NCBI GenBank assembly: GCA_036172245.1
Contig: JAYWIR010000006.1
Location: 5,332,001 to 5,396,000, forward strand
Direction of reading: 5' to 3'
From: Raillietiella orientalis
Taxonomy: Eukaryota
Length of the DNA stretch: 64,000 nucleotides
Shown here: positions 35,301 to 49,992 of the stretch, piece by piece
Numbering within the stretch: position 1 is the first letter of the stretch
Layout: each line of letters starts with the position of its first letter
Notes under the pieces: model-generated
The model's input: the letters and a program-made list of their open reading frames with translations, nothing else
Told to the model about the DNA's origin: nothing
Database searches by the model: none
Position numbers and translations under genes: made by a program

Positions 35301-38300
35301 GCTGAGCTCCCCGGAGCCGCTCTCCCTCCAACGTGGACGACGGCGTCCGCCGCCATTGTACGCGCGACTCGGCGACGGCGCTTCTCGAGGAACAGAAAGG
35401 AGTGCGTCCGTCCGTGTCCCCTCAACCCGGCGACCCCAAAAAGAGCTCTCAATTCCCGTGAGCGATCGGCGTTCCGGCCGCCTCCGCAGTTGTCGTCCCA
35501 TTCAGTCCGCGGCGGCGAAGAGCCCTGCTCGCGCGCTCCCTCTCTCACGTACCCCATTGTCGAGGGGGTTATTGAAGCCTCCTCGCCGCTCTCGAGAGAC
35601 CATTAAAGCCAACAAAAGAGTCAATCGATGCGCTGCTGCACCATTATGTGGACATCTTCATTCCGGCCTGCTCGCCTGCAGGCGAACACCTGCCGCGGCC
35701 ACCTTTCTGCTCCGCTGCACGTTAAACAGCTCGTAACAGATAATCGCCACTCGAGTGTAAACAACACGATTCCGGGTCGCTCTGGGTCAACAGGAGGAGG
35801 AATCCTCTCGGACTCGGGAGAAGAAGAAGGAGGGAAAAAAATAAGCAGGAGAGGTTCGCTCGCAGCTTTCTTGTTGCGCGCTGCCCCGCAGCCTTTCCGG
35901 AGACCACGGTCGAGGCAGGGGATGGCAACGGCAGCTGCGTCTCGGGTGAGACTACGGGAAGACCCGGACCCCCGGAACTTCGCGGGGAAGCGAGGCCATC
36001 CCGCTAGAGAAGAGAACCGAGGCTCCCGGCGACGTTCCAACTGCGTGGCAACCAGCTGCGGGACCATGGAACCAAGATCTTATCCCTCCTTGCTTTTTTT
36101 CTTTCGGAAGGGGGGGGGGGGGGCTCCCGAACGCATTCAGAGTCGCCAAAGCAAGCGTCGGACCCTTCCTGGCAGCGCGGCAGATACCACGTAATTTATG
36201 CAGCACAAAGAGCGCATCCCTTGACAAGCTTTCCATATTACCAGTTCGAAAAACGGCTCAGTCGGCACGCGGACCCGTCGCGTGAATGGGTTCCTGTTCA
36301 AAGATTCTCAGAAGCAGCACCCCAGCCAGAGAATCATCGGATTTACTACGCGAAAGCACCCTTCCGTCTTTTGCGAGAAAGTCAGAGTGGGGTGCAACCA
36401 CCCAGTTTTTTCGGACAACCACCGCTGAGTTTGAGGGGGAAGGAATAGGAGGAGGAGGGGGGGGACGATATCTCTCTAGCATCTGCTTTTATGGAGTAAG
36501 CTGAGAAACAGAAAATTCTACTGCGATTGCTGTTCGGTAAAGCGGGTTCTCAACGAGGATGCGCATTTTCCAAAGGTTACTCCCGAAACCGCCGAACGGA
36601 AAATGAACCTCTGCTCGACTGTCTGATTAAATAAAAATTTCATTGATCGCTACAGCAGCACCCAATAAAAGCGCGGGGATATCGCGAAGCGCTCCCGAAT
36701 CGATGAAAAATTACCATAGATTTGCAAAGATCTGTTTCAACTCCCCGCTGAACTTTTTGTGCGGGCACACACGTCGAAAAATCCGAGGGCTGCCTCCTTC
36801 GGAGCAAGCAGCACCCCTGCACGGATTCGGGAGGAATTGGCAACAATCGCGGAAAATGGCGGCCTCCTCTCCGCTTCGGGCGAGATTCACTCGGCGCTTT
36901 TCAAAGGCACGTGGACTTCGAAACGGTACAGTACTAATCTAGGCGTATCAACTCGTAAATGAAGCTTAGCCCTCATTTTCTCAACATGTGGGTATGCTTG
37001 CAGTGCTGTTAATCCCATTTTTGGCCGTTTCCTTCGCTTCGATTCAGCTTTTTCATTTGTACATTTTTTTTTTTGTCCTGTTTCGGATTCGCGCGAGTGT
37101 GTGCGCATCGTTTCATTTCAAGAAGTCCAACAAATTATGTTCGGGCTGTCTAATTTTAATCCTCGATGAAACGATCGATGAAACTTGCAGTCCCATCTAA
37201 ATTGAATTCAACTTCCCTGAGTGAAAAACTTATGAAATGTTGAGTTTGTAAATGAGAAGTTCCCCTCCCTCGCTCCCCCCCCCTCCTCCCCCATCGAAAA
37301 TACGTTGGGAAAGCAAGTTTTAGCCACCCACACTTTGTTAATTCCAATGATGGTTTTCCCCTTTTCCTCTTTGGCTCTCGCTGGTGGGTGAAGAGTGCGT
37401 TTCGAGGTTGACCGTGAACGAATCGAAGTCGGCACGGAAGAGCCGCGGAAGGTCGGAAAAGTTGAAGGCGGAAGGGTTGCCAATTGGTTCGGATGCGATC
37501 TCGATTGGAATTTTCAGACAGCACGAAGGAGGACCGGAGAGGTGGACAGACCAACGGTCTCCGGAAGACTGGGAGCTTGGATTCCACCAAGATACCCGTA
37601 CTCGGGGAACTCCTTGCTCGTGGCTGGTCCTTCCCGGGCAGGAAGGAAAAAAAAAAAAAACACTGGAAGAATCGAAACGGATTGCCAGAATTCTTCCCGC
37701 TCTCGCATCACCAGGAAAGCCAAGAAAAAATTCCGAAAGATGCATTTCCGTCCAGGGAACCCCACAACTTTCTGTGGTCCGGGGCTCGGCAGCTTAACTA
37801 ATATTGGTAGATTGCGACAGCGGATGGGTCTTCCGGATGCCTCAATGGACCGTCCACTGGAGATGGAACTCTTCGTCCCGTCTACCGTCCTCCACACTCC
37901 TCCTCTCCTGCCAATGAATTCGTCTCCGCTCCACCTCTGCGTGAGCTGTTTGGATATTCCCCGCCGCCTCTCCGGAAGCTGAGCGATATCCGTACTCAGC
38001 AGCAAACGTCCAGCGGCTCTTTCTCTGAAGGCCTCGGCCGATCCGAGTGCCACCTTTCCGAACTGTTCTCGGCGTTCACCAGCTGGAGCGTTCTTTCGAA
38101 GGCGCCTGCTTTATTATTGGTACCACTTTTTTTTTCCTTTTTTTTTTTTTTTTTTTTTTGATTTTTGGATAGCCAAAAAAAAAAAAAAATGAGGGCTTTC
38201 GGCAAACAGCGAGAGCTGTAGTCTCCCTTTCTGGACCCGCTCAGGACCATCCAGGCGCGCCCTCTCCGTCATTATTCATCCCGCAGCCACGCTGTCTCGT

Positions 38301-41300
38301 ACCTGACCGGGCCCGGGATGAAATATGGCCCTCCTAACAATGCCAGTGGACGGCACGCGGAATGCGTCGGTAGGAGGGAGGGGGCCCGGGAAGGCATTTC
38401 CGAGAAGATGTCTGCCCCGACCGAGAATGGGCTCCCATGGCGCACGTCGTCGTCATCGGAGATGCTGCCGACGGCCGGCAGAGCGGAGGAGCCGTCCGGC
38501 GGAGATGGCGAGGCGCCGGGAGAGTAATCCATGCTTCCTTCCCTTGGCTACGGGCCACGTGCCAGGAGGGCTCCGGCCAGCGTCGATCTCCGTATGCACT
38601 CAAGGGAAGGCGGACGGTGCCGGCAAAAGAGGAGGGGAAAGCCAGGGGCCGCTCTCGGGAACACCGGAGAAAGACGAGGAGGAGGAGAAAGGGAAAGTGG
38701 CTGCGGATGCCCTCGTCCCCTTGCGCACGTGCCCCTGAGCCCGTCCGTAGCGAACGAGCGATACCGAACGGGGCCGCTCCTTGCTCTCGCGGGAAATCCG
38801 AGCTTGGGAATACTTCCGGGATGAGAGACCGCCTGCTCCCAAGAAGCCGTGATCTCTCGGAGGCCACGAAAATGATCGCCGCCTGGAGAGCCCAGCATCC
38901 CTTCCTCTGCGCAGCCCCTCAGGCGAGGGTGGGTCTCGCTCGTGCCGGAGCAGCATTCAGCGCAAATTTGCGACTGCGGGGCGGAGGAAGGGAAGAGGGA
39001 CGGGCAAACGAGCGCAAAGGATAGCGAGCCGAAGAGAGCGGAACCATCACTCCGGGCTCCGCGGGGATGGAAGATGCAGACAGGCGGGGAAGTCACGCAT
39101 CCCCCTCGTCGCGGCTTTTCTCTCTCCTCCTCCGGGAGGAGGGAGGAGATCGCATCCCCCTAGAAGCAGGCAGGAGGAAAAGACTTCCTTTTTTTCTACC
39201 CCCTCCTCCTCCAGGGAAGAACGACCCCTCCCAAGCCGGGAGCCGCCGCCCTTTGCGGGGCTGGGTTCGGCAGTTCCGAGATGCTGCGCCGCCTGCAATT
39301 CAGCCGTTTCTCCACGGCGAGAAAGCGAATGGATGATGCTGCGGGTCGTCTGCCACCTTGGAGGAGGGAGGGAGACGAGGGTGCTCCTCGCCCGTAGGGT
39401 GCGCCCAGCCGACCAGCTCGAAGGAGGAAGTGCGAGTCAACAGACCGTCACTAGCGGCGAAGTCATCGCGTACATCCGCCTTCGCCTCGCCTGTAGGCGG
39501 AGGGGGAGGTAAGAAAGAGTGGCTACGTGCCCTTTTTCGTGCTTCAGCAGCAGTGCCCAGCTTCCGAGTCAGAGGGGCCTCCCTGAGCTTGGGAAAGGGA
39601 GGGGGAAAAGGAACTCTGCCCTAGCTCTCTCTGCCCCCCGTGGACACCCAAAGCCTCCGGCACCTCGGAGGGGGTGGGCATCTAAGAAAGAGAGTGGCGA
39701 GAGAAAGAGACAGCTAACAGGAAAGGGAGGGGAGGGGAACCTGGCATCGATTGCCGCATCCAAGGAGGATGCGCTTGCTCTGCCGCAGATTGGCGGACGT
39801 CGCCTCCTCCCTTCCCCGCTCCAACCACCAAGTGGGAAACGGAGGAGTTTCCTCTCGTGGACCGCGGGTGCGCGCGAAGAGATTCTTCCCGCCGTCCCCC
39901 TTCGACGGGGGATTTCCCGTGGTCTCCAGCCGTTTCTCGCGCAATGGTCCGTCCTTCGCGCGCGCGCGCTCGTCTTTGCTTCCCAGGCGTCTGGGAAGGC
40001 GACAGGCGCGAACGCCGGGGTGGTCGCCAGATCGGCTATGACGTCGCCACCGCGGTCTTTTAGGATAATTTCCTTGAGAGACGTGGCAGCGCGTGGAAGT
40101 GGAGATCGTTCAGCGTCTTGGGGACGGGAAGCCTTTGGGCGGGAGGTGGGGGGCTGGAGGAAGAGCCCTCGCTGAGGACTTCCCTGAGAACGCCCTTGAC
40201 CCGGACTTTGCGCTGGAGGCTACCTTGCCCCTCTCCTCACTTCCATCCAACGGGTGTTCCGGATGCCTCCTCTGAGCCCCCTCTTCCTCCTCCGTCCTCA
40301 TTTCAAGGTTCCTCCGCCAATCTGTCCACTTCCTCTCAGGGCTGCATCTTTTCCCGCTGTCCTCCCGTTCCGTGGGGAGCGCGATGGCTCCCCTTCTGTG
40401 CTAGGGTTGCACTCAGTGAGAGTTTCGAAGTCGTTTTATTCCCATTTGCCACTTTTGTTGTTGTTGTTGTTGTTTTTGTTGTTCGCCTATTTTTTTTTTT
40501 TTTGTTCCAAAGTCCTGTGGAGTTCCCTTACCGGTCCTTACAGGAAGTGGAAGCGGCTCGCTCCCGTTCGGCTCCGTCGTTATCTCCCCGTGATTGACCA
40601 TCGGGAGTCTTTTTGATTCTGGACAGAGTTCCCGCAGATGGCAGCATGTGTGAGAGGAGTCTTCAGCTCAGAGCAGCCGTCGGGAACGCCCCTGTCTGTT
40701 GGGCGAGGTTCCCGCTCCCTCCGATCGAAACAGCCTCTCCGTAGAGAGGCCTGAGGGCAATGGCCTTGGCGCTCTTCCGCACGTCCAGACAGGTCAGAAG
40801 ACTCTCCAAAGCGCAGTCTCGGGTCCGAACAGGTCCAAGAGAAGGAATTGGGAATTCGCCCAAACGGAAGCGGCACGCACCCTTCGCTTCCACCCATCCC
40901 TTCGGGTTCCGCAGGAAGAGGGAGAGGGCATTCCCCCGTGGGCCGGGTGACCGGTGGGAGGAGGAGACCACAGCAGGATTCGCTCGTCCTAGCTTTCTCG
41001 CCTGGAGCACAGGGATGCCTGCGGCATTCCCTCACTCTCTCCTAATTGCGCTGCGGGGCCAGTAGGGAGGGGGAGGGGGCGGGTGCCTCCGTCCGCAGCG
41101 AGCCGTCCTCAACCTAGTCTCTCCTGGTGTGCTAGGGTCATCCGAACCGGATGGGGCCGCAAGGAGAAGAAGCGACTCCCGATGCAACTTTCTTCCTTCA
41201 CGCCTCACTCCCATAACGACCTCCCCCCCCTGCTGCTGCACATCGGAATCCTCTGCTGCAGCGAACGTCCTTCCTCAGCTCCCAGGTCCAGCCGCCATCT

Positions 41301-44149
41301 GCGCCGTGCTCGTGAACGGCTTTCTGGAAACGACCGCGCTATTCGCGCGAAGAGCATCCCTCCCTGCCCACGTCCGTCTCCCCTTTCCTTCCTCCTCCTC
41401 TTCCCCTCCTCAGGAGGGCGGACCCTTCAAGAGTGAGTCCTTGCTGATCCCCCGCTCCCTTCCCGCTTCGGCATGGAAGGGTGGACCGGTCCAAAACAGG
41501 TGACTTGGGACTCCTTCCGTCTCGTAGGTGAGACGGAGTCCGTTGGAGATGCGACCGCGCGACCCGCGCTGCGTAACGCGCCATCTGCCAGAAGGCGGGC
41601 AGACTCGCGCGCGCTGTCCCACGTAGCGGATCGCCGGTGAGCTGCCGCCTCACGGCGACTGCTGCAGGTGACGTTTTTTCCCGACAGAGCGGAGTGGGTC
41701 GCGATCGGCGGAGTGCTTCCTTGACGCGGGGACGCACCCGGGACCGCGCCCTCGGCCTCCGCCCGTGACGCGCAGCACTGCCTGGCGGCGTCCTCGGAAT
41801 TCTTCTTTGGGGCCCGGAAACGCGGGGTTTCCCCTACGCAACGCTGCCAAGGGAAAAGTGGTCCATGGACAGCAGCATCTCTCTCGTCTTAGCCCGGACG
41901 ACCGCATGTTTTTTTTTTTCTTCCATTCCCTCGAGAGAAATTTTGATCGATGGTCCTTGCAGTTCCCTTGGGAAGGCCCTGTCTCCAGCTTTTGCTAATC
42001 TCATTAAATGGGAGGCTCAGAGGGCCGTTGCGAGGGAAACGATGAGGGAAAGGCGAGAGGGCACCATGCCGCAGTGCCAGTTGGCACAGCTGGCGCCCCT
42101 AGTTTTCACGTGGACCTCCCTGTGTGGGTGCCGTCGCCCTCTGCTGCATGCCCCCCTCTTCTCCAGCAGAGGAGCGACCGACCCGGGAGTCTTGCTCGGA
42201 CGGGGGAGCCAGCGAGGACTCGGAGGGAGCTCGAAGGATCGACTCCGACAGCTGGAGAGCCCCATGCTCCGTGGGGAGTCCCGGATCCGTAGTGGTCCCT
42301 AGTCCGAGTTCGAGTCCCTCCCAGGGGAACGGGAGGAGCTCGCCCCCTTTCCCCTCCCGCCGTTCTCACGGCCAGAAGGGAGCGGTTTGGGCCCCCCCCG
42401 GTTTGGGCGCGCCCCAGCCCCACACACATTCAAGGAGCAGTGCGGCGGAGGGGGGAGGAAGGGGGGAGCAAACGAACTCCCAGCGTGGGGGGCTGACGGC
42501 TTCGTTGCCACGAGCGCTCACTCGAGGAAACCTTCCAGGTGTGGTCGAGGTCACCCGGTCCCTCCCATTTAGTTTATGTAACTCCGAATTTATTCATCGC
42601 GCGTTATGTATTTTCGCACGCATTTGTTCGGCGCGCGCGTCCGCGCTGTTTCAGCCGCAGCACTTCCAGGCAACGACGTCCCCTATTCTGTGCACAGCAA
42701 CATCCGAGGCGATCTTGTATGGTGCGAACAAGGATGCTGGAACAAGCATTCGACATGCCCCCCGGCATCCTCCTGGGCGTGTAGCCAACCACTTGACTCC
42801 TCTGCCACTGGCGGGAGCTGGTCGCCTGCTCCACCCTGCGCGCACAGAGAGCGCGTGAGATGGGCATAGGGTCTCCTCGCAGCTCACCCTCTGCCACCGC
42901 TCCTCGACGCGACTCCTGGAGCAGCTACCAGAGCGGTGCGACTCACCCGCCACTCTCGACCTCGGAGTCCGCCGGTCCTTCGAACCGGCACTCCCGCGCA
43001 GGGTCGCGGGAGAGGAAAGGCGGGGGGGAAAGGCGAACTGCGCCGGAAAAGTTCCGGGACTGCCACCATCCGCATCTGGGCGGCCGAAGCAGCAGAGACG
43101 TGACAATCGGGGGAATGCCCACTCCGAGGGCCAAGCCTTCAGCTTCCCACCTCCGCCTGGAGATAGGCGCAGGGGAACGCCCGAGAGCGAGGCGAGTCGC
43201 CACCTGCTGTTCGGGTGCCCCGAGGTACCTTTCGGAACCGAGGATGCGCGCGCACCACCTCCTACGAGGTGCGGAACGGGGTGGCTATCGCGGTCACGCC
43301 CGCCACACCGAAGCGCAGCGGGCGCCCCTCCATGGGGATTCTCTGCGCTGGTCCCCACCCAGCAAGTCTCGGACCCTCCTCCGTCATCCCGGGACCCCCT
43401 CGCCCGGAGACTTTGAGCCGTTCACTTGAAATGCATGACGGACGAGAGTTCCTGTAATCGAGAGGAAAGGCCAGCGCCGGCCTGAGACGGGAACGACTAC
43501 TCTCGCTAGGGAGGGAGAAAAAGTGGGAGAAGTAAGAGCGTTTAGCAGGTACCCGCGGCCACAGAGTACTGGACATGACCCAATCCGTCCACGGTCGGGT
43601 CGGATCGGTCCCACCGCCTGCAATCGCCCCCTCGCGTCCTGCACCGGACCCACTGCTTCGCCCTTCCCCCATTCTGGCAATCGCCGTTGCCGGCACGCGG
43701 CAGGGAACCGCTAGCAAAAAGCAACTGGCAGCCCTGAAAAGGTAAGCAGGGGGATGAGTGGTCCCGAGGGAATCGGAGCACCTCGGCGGAGGGCTCCGAC
43801 CTCTGACGCTACGACCCGCATTCAAGAAGCGCGCTCCATCCCTCAGTGAGGGAGTTCTTCCGGGACTCTCGCTGCCGAGGTGCTGTTCCGGTCCGAGGCT
43901 GTCGGTGGGGTGGAAGTCTCCCGGTGAACAAGGAGGGAGGGCAGAGGCTTCGACCAGGAGGTCCAGCAGTGTTGTCGAGCAGCCCGAGGAACAGGAGAGA
44001 AGGGAAGGGAGCGAAGGAAAGGAAGAGGAAGAAGAAAATGAAGAAGGGAAAAGGAGGAAGAAGAGGAGGAACGGGAGGAGGGCAGCTTCGCTTGCCAGCC
44101 ATCCTGGGAGGTGGCAGAAAACCTAATTCGGAGCCTTGATGGAACATGC

Positions 44150-45720
44150 GCACGCTGGCAACCCAGCTGGGCTCATTCCGGGATGATCACTCGGAGTCTT
44201 CAGGGGACTGGAGGCCAGCAAGCCGCTGCTCCCTGATGCCGGGGCATGTCAGGATGCGTTGAGCCGAGGGCCAGGTTGCCAGTTGTGACATCGCATCGAA
44301 GCGGAAGAAGCTGGAAAGAGGTGGCTGGAGGCGAGGGGAACTGGCTGGCTAAGCGTGAGATCCGGGCTGCCTCGGGGCCACTCCGGAGCTCATCTGCGGC
44401 AGTCCCTGTCGGGCTTCCTGAGCCTCGGGCGTGCCCTTCCAAGACTCCGTCAGGGCTCGTCCACACTCCATCCGGCCCGCGGGCGAGCTGGCCGTCTCGA
44501 GGGCTGGCCTCTCTGGGCAGCATACGAGCGAACTCGGAGTTCAAAAGGGAAGGGTGGCGAGAGAGGAGCCCCTCGCTGCGCAGGGTGGCGCAGTCCCGAT
44601 CCGGAAGAGTTGCATCCGTTCCGCGGTTGTCTAGGCACCGCGCGGCTCAGCCTCGGAAGGGACCGCGGCGACAGGCGTGCTGGAACGATTCCCCCTTCTC
44701 CCTGCCGTTGCGCCTCCTGATGGAACAACTGGACGGCGTGTTTCAAGAGAGGGGAAGAGGAGATGCTGGACGACGCCTCCATCTCGCGTCTGATCATGCT
44801 CCGGGGAGGATGGTCTCCAGAGAGGAGGCGCCCTGCAGGGGCAGTGTAAGAGGTGCCGCGGGCATCGCAGCTTCCCTTCTTCCCTCGCTCGGGGGAGCAG
44901 ATCTGGTCATCCCCTCTCCCCTGCCCCGTTCCTACTTCAGAGGACTGCAGAGAGGGCGCCGCTTGTCTGACAGGGCGCGCCTGCGCGGCGACCCCGGAAA
45001 GCCGCTCTATCCCTCGGAGCGCTCGAGAGACCGGCCCACCCCACGCCCCAAACTCCTTCGACCTCGTCCTGCAGGTTTTACTCCTCCTCTTCCTTGCCCC
45101 TTCCTCCGGCGAGGAGCCCTGCGGAAGTTCGAGGTGGCAAAAGCGCGTGGACGGTTGGTTGGACACTGCCTTAGGCACTTCCGGACTCCTCTCCCGTCCG
45201 TCCCCTTGCCTCACCCCGTGACGCCGAGGGACAAGAACCGGGGGGGAACAGTTTTTCCTCCAGCAAGAAGGGAGCGACACCTCCCGCCCCTCCATCTGGC
45301 GAGCAGCCTGGAGGCAACCGCCGAGGCTGCGGGTTCCCTCCGCGTTGGTCACTCCCGGAGACTTCCCTTGAGAACCTAGAAACTTCCTGTGGACGGAGGC
45401 GATGTCTTCCGATGGCTCCCTGAGGTGCGCGTTCTGGGACCCTCGGAACGTATCTGCCTTCTTCCCTTCCTCCTGCACCGCCCTCCTCTGCGCGTGCATC
45501 GAGCCACACCCTCGTGGGGACACCGGAAGTTCCTGTCATGGACGTCAGTCTTCAGGGGTGTGCGCCACCATTCCGCTCGTCGCCAGCTCTGAGGTCGGCT
45601 CCGAGCGTGGAGGTGGCAGGAGGCGCTGCTGCGCCTGCCTTCGGCCAGGACCAAAGGCGCGCAAGAGCGTCTTGGGCCTGCCACCCGTGCCAGAATGGAG
45701 AGGGCTAGGGGATGTCGGCG
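44150..45720 (+). mobile_element. Decayed internal LINE ORF2 (RT and post-RT) fragment
   Basis: GTGGCAGGAGGCGCTGCTGCGC (~45613; RWQEALLRL) is homologous to the KWQEAVLPL segment of the 21-kb copy. A frameshifted TGV..PLS..LLMEQL resembles RT motif 4. No YADD motif was recognised. Confidence 0.35.
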
Positions 45721-48700
45721 GCTCCAGCCGCGTCCAGAACGGCCGGTGCCCGCCCCCGCGCGCGCGCAAACCGCGCCACCGTGCCAGTAGGGATGCTCGC
45801 GGCAACTTTCGGGTTCCCGAGGGTTGTCTCGGAGGCAGCAGCGTCCCTTGCTTCGCGCGCCAACGGCGGGGCTTGCGTGGGATGCCCTCGTCACTGGGAG
45901 CGTCACCCGCAAAACCGCAGCTCCGGCCGCGAGGCGCGGGCGGTCTGTCGACGCGCCTCCGAAGGTCGCGGGCAAGGGAGACCACGGATCCGGGAGGCTA
46001 AGCGAGGGACGTCGCGGGGGGAAGCTTGTGCGTGCCGATGAGCCGGGGAGAAGCGACCCTCCATGCTTTGGGCGCAACGAACTCAAAGGTCATCCTGGAA
46101 GTCACCTTTCTCCTCGCTCTCCGTCCCGCCGGCCTCATGGCGGTAACGCAACACAGGCTGTGTGTGAGCGCCGCTTCGTGGGGATGGAGGGGGGGAAGGG
46201 GGAAGGGAAAATGGAAGCGGACTGCCCTTTCATGGTTCCAATGACCACGTTCTCCTTTCGTGGTCGCCAGACCCCGGCGCCCACCCCAGCGGCCGCGTTT
46301 CCGCGGCGATCGTTCGGCGCCTCGTCTCGTTTGAAGACTACCGCCGGAAGGGAATCCGAGGATTCTCGGAAATCCCTCGAGGGATCCTAAGCCGACCCCG
46401 ATCGCTCCCGTGCTCGCTCCCGGTGAGAGGTCAGACTCCTGGAGCTAAGGAGGAGGAGGCGCACAGACCACGCGCGACCTCACCCTGCTCTCCGGGACGC
46501 GAACCTCCCTCGAGGGCGGTGAAGTGCGTGCGCCGCCCTAGGCGTGGGGTAAGGGGCAAAATCTGCCTAGATTTTCCTTGCCGGGCCAGGAGGATGGACC
46601 CCTGACTGAAGAGGGCTCTTGGAGAGTCAGACTCCGACGCCCGTCTCCAGACGCGGACGGCGGGCACCGCCGACGCCGCGGGCGGGCCGGAGCGTCAGAA
46701 GGGCCTAGCCGCGTGCGGCGAGCCTGACCGCAGAGCTGCTCTCTCCCCCCCCTTGCAGTCGTGATCCCCGGGCGGCGCTCTCCCAGGACTTGGTCTCGCT
46801 CGCGCCTCCACCTGACTCACGTCTCCTTCGGCGGTCTGCGGGATCGTCCCCCGCGCGGACACTGTGTACCAGGGTCATTGATACCAGGCGAGGTCGAATC
46901 CGATCTCGCAGTGACCTCTCGCCTTCGGGCAGAACCGTCGAAACGTCTGGGGCGGGTCGAGAAGGGAAAGGAGGGGGGGAAAGAAGGGGGCAGGACGCAG
47001 CGAAACGTTTCCGGAACCGCCCTGATGGACGAAGTAGTGCCGGGAATACGAGCTGGATGCTGAAGGCTGCGCCCCAATCGATCCACGTCATCCTGATTGT
47101 TATTTCGCGTGCGAGCCAGGAGCGGGGATCCTCTCGCGCGTGCATCTGGGCTTACCGGATCCTCTTTCTCCGCCCGGAGGACGGATGCAGGATGCAAACA
47201 ACAGCAGCACGTGATGATCCGTGATGGCGCATCGGAAGGAGTCTCTGGCAGCGACGCGAACGACGTGGAATTTTCCCTTCCTACCTCCCCCCCTCCCCTC
47301 TTCCCGCTCTCCAGGAAAGCTCGACGACGACAGAGAGGTAGGTAATGTCACACGTACGTCGCGCGCTCAGCCGCCGCCGCCTCCGGTGAAAGTCGACCCC
47401 TTGGTCGAAAGCGACAAAAAAAAAGAAAAAAAAAAAGATCTGCACGGATTTCTTCCTTCCTTCACGCAACAAACCAACGGGATGGAAATCCAGACTTGGA
47501 CTCTTTCCTCCTCCTCACCCCTCCCTCTCTCTCTCTCTCTCCCCGCGGCGGTGTGTTCTTTGGCCGATTGATCTTGGAGTGATGAATGAAGAAATCTGAC
47601 TGTTCGGGCAGTCGCAGCTTCGCTCCCATGTTTCACTCTGGCACTTCGAACGGGCTCATCGATTGCGGCTCCGGGTTGGCACAGGAACCCAGTTCCAAGG
47701 AACCGTGTTGCCAATTATAAAATGCAGGGATTAAAAAGGGGATCTTTTTGTTTTTTTTAAGGTAGGGAGGTGGGGAAGGGGAAGGAATTCTTGTTTCCAT
47801 TTGAGTGATTATGATGAGGAATGGATGGAGTAATTATTATATCGTAACCCAGCAAGTACTTCATGTGGATAGTAGCCATGCTTTTGATTAGCCAAGACGG
47901 AAATGATCTCCATCCATCCATTCACTATTTCCAAGCCATGATTTGCTTCGTTTCACGTAAACAACGTGTTTGATGGTCTGAATCCATCTTCACATACTCT
48001 GGGATGGACGCTGAGTTATTTTGAAGGAAGTCCGAAAAAATACTTGTTGAGGTCTACATCCAGCTTATGGAACGTCATTGGAAAACATTTCAAGTTAAAG
48101 TGTTACGAAACCAATCATCGAACGTGGCATGACCTCGTCCAAGAGGGGGGGAAAAAAAGTATGCTGATGATAATTTCCATTTTTCGTAAAAAGCTCGATG
48201 GTTTTCCACTTTCATGTGCATGAACAGAATTTCTGAAAGGTAGTTAAGAGCTTTGGCAGACAAAAAAAATGCACACAGACTGCACGTCGTCTTCAAAAAC
48301 AGCGTATTTTCCTGTGAGAAGTAGTTTCGAGGGATACCCAGCCACTTTTATTAGAAGGAGTATCACAGCTACCAAAGTGATGAAGATGGCGGAACACTCT
48401 ACGAATCCAAACACGCTGCTCCATGAATACAGTGGTAGCTGGTCTTGGTTGATTAAAGGGAGGAATTCTAAATCATGCACGACAAAACCGTTTCCAGAAC
48501 TCGGTGCAGATGTGATTACCTATTAGTTAGCATTCATGCCCTCACGCCTATTCATGCATATGTGTAATAAACTGGATTACTCAAACTTTACGATTTTCTG
48601 TCACTGCACATACAGATCACACACACGAATAATACTAATCTGATTGTGCCTGATTTAACCTTCAGTTTTTTTTTTTTTCTGTTTTTTTTTTTGTGTGTGT

Positions 48701-49109
48701 GTGTGTGTTTTTTTTTTTTTTTTGTTTTTCCTTTTCCTCTCCCCGCTATAGCTCCAGTCTTTTTTGAAAGGGCTGCAAGACTATGCTGACCGATCAGCGA
48801 TTTGGTACAAAGGAAGAAAGAAAGCGATTATTGCGAAAATCGAAACAGCTGTTTCTGCATACTACAAACGTAAAATTTCGTTCCATTTATTCACTTCCCA
48901 CTCCTTTTAAATTAAGCAAATGCGTTGCCACGGGGTGTCTGCACTCGGATGATGTGCAATCTCTGATGTGATTCTCATCTGCCTGTGTTGTTTCCGTTCC
49001 GCCTGCAACGCAGGGCTTCTTTTCCCCCACTATTGCGGGCATTGTAGGAAAAACACGAAGTCTTCCACGGCAAGAAATGTCATTGGAAACTCAGTAATAT
49101 CGTTTGGAA

Positions 49110-49330
49110 ATTGAACAATCGCAATCGGAACGGACATTTCGTGCAGCCGTCCGAAGGTACGTTAAAGCAGCCAAAGACAAAGTCAATATGCTATCCGTTC
49201 CTTTGTTATGCGGCAATCGTGGAAAAACTTTTCAAGCAGGCATTTCTCCGTTCGTCATTCGAATCTGGGAATTGCCTGCTTCTCGGTTTTCGAATTCCAC
49301 CTCGGAACGTGTGTGCCACATAAGGAAAAC
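49110..49330 (+). mobile_element. Possible CR1/L2-type LINE 3' remnant
   Basis: The peptide MLSVPLLCGNRGKTFQAGISPFVIRIWELPAS resembles the 'l.vP....g..sF....i.lWN.LP' C-terminus of CR1/L2/Jockey ORF2. Confidence 0.3.
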
Positions 49331-49992
49331 GAAAATTCAGCATCAGTTCTTTTGTTGTTCATTTTTTTTTTTTTTTTTTTTTGTTTTTTCAAATTTAAGG
49401 ATGCCTCACTAAATGCAACTGAATTATCAAGGTGCCATTCATGTCGTATCCTTCGCCAAGTTTTCCCTTAACGATGGTTATAACATTTGCAAGAGCTATG
49501 CAGGTTGCTTAATTAGTTTTCGTGTGTATTGATCGTTGTTTCGATTTTTTTGTGTGTGTGTGTTTGATACATTACATTTCATCGTGCAAGTTGTGAAAAA
49601 AAAAATGTTGGCTGCACAAAATCTGCGTAACTTTTATTTTTATAAGCGTGACTGATTTATGAGTTTTCATTTACTGTTTTTTAAAAAAAGGGGGCATCAG
49701 CTGGAGAATTTAACAGCAGGTCAACCCCAAAAATAGATATGGAGTTTTTTGTTCTGTTCGAATCGAAATTCTAAGCTCTTTTTGCCTTGAATGTCTCCAG
49801 TCTGCCTCAACATACGTTTTAATGCGAGTGTATTTCGATGATTATTGATGTGTGTGTCTTCATCTTTGCATTTCGTTCACCGTTCTCTGCTAGATATCCG
49901 TGGCTTAAGCATAGCATTGTCCTATCTTATCTTGTGCCCATGTTGTACCAGTCAGTTTTGTGGAAAAGTTAGCAAAACGCATCTGTGATCAA

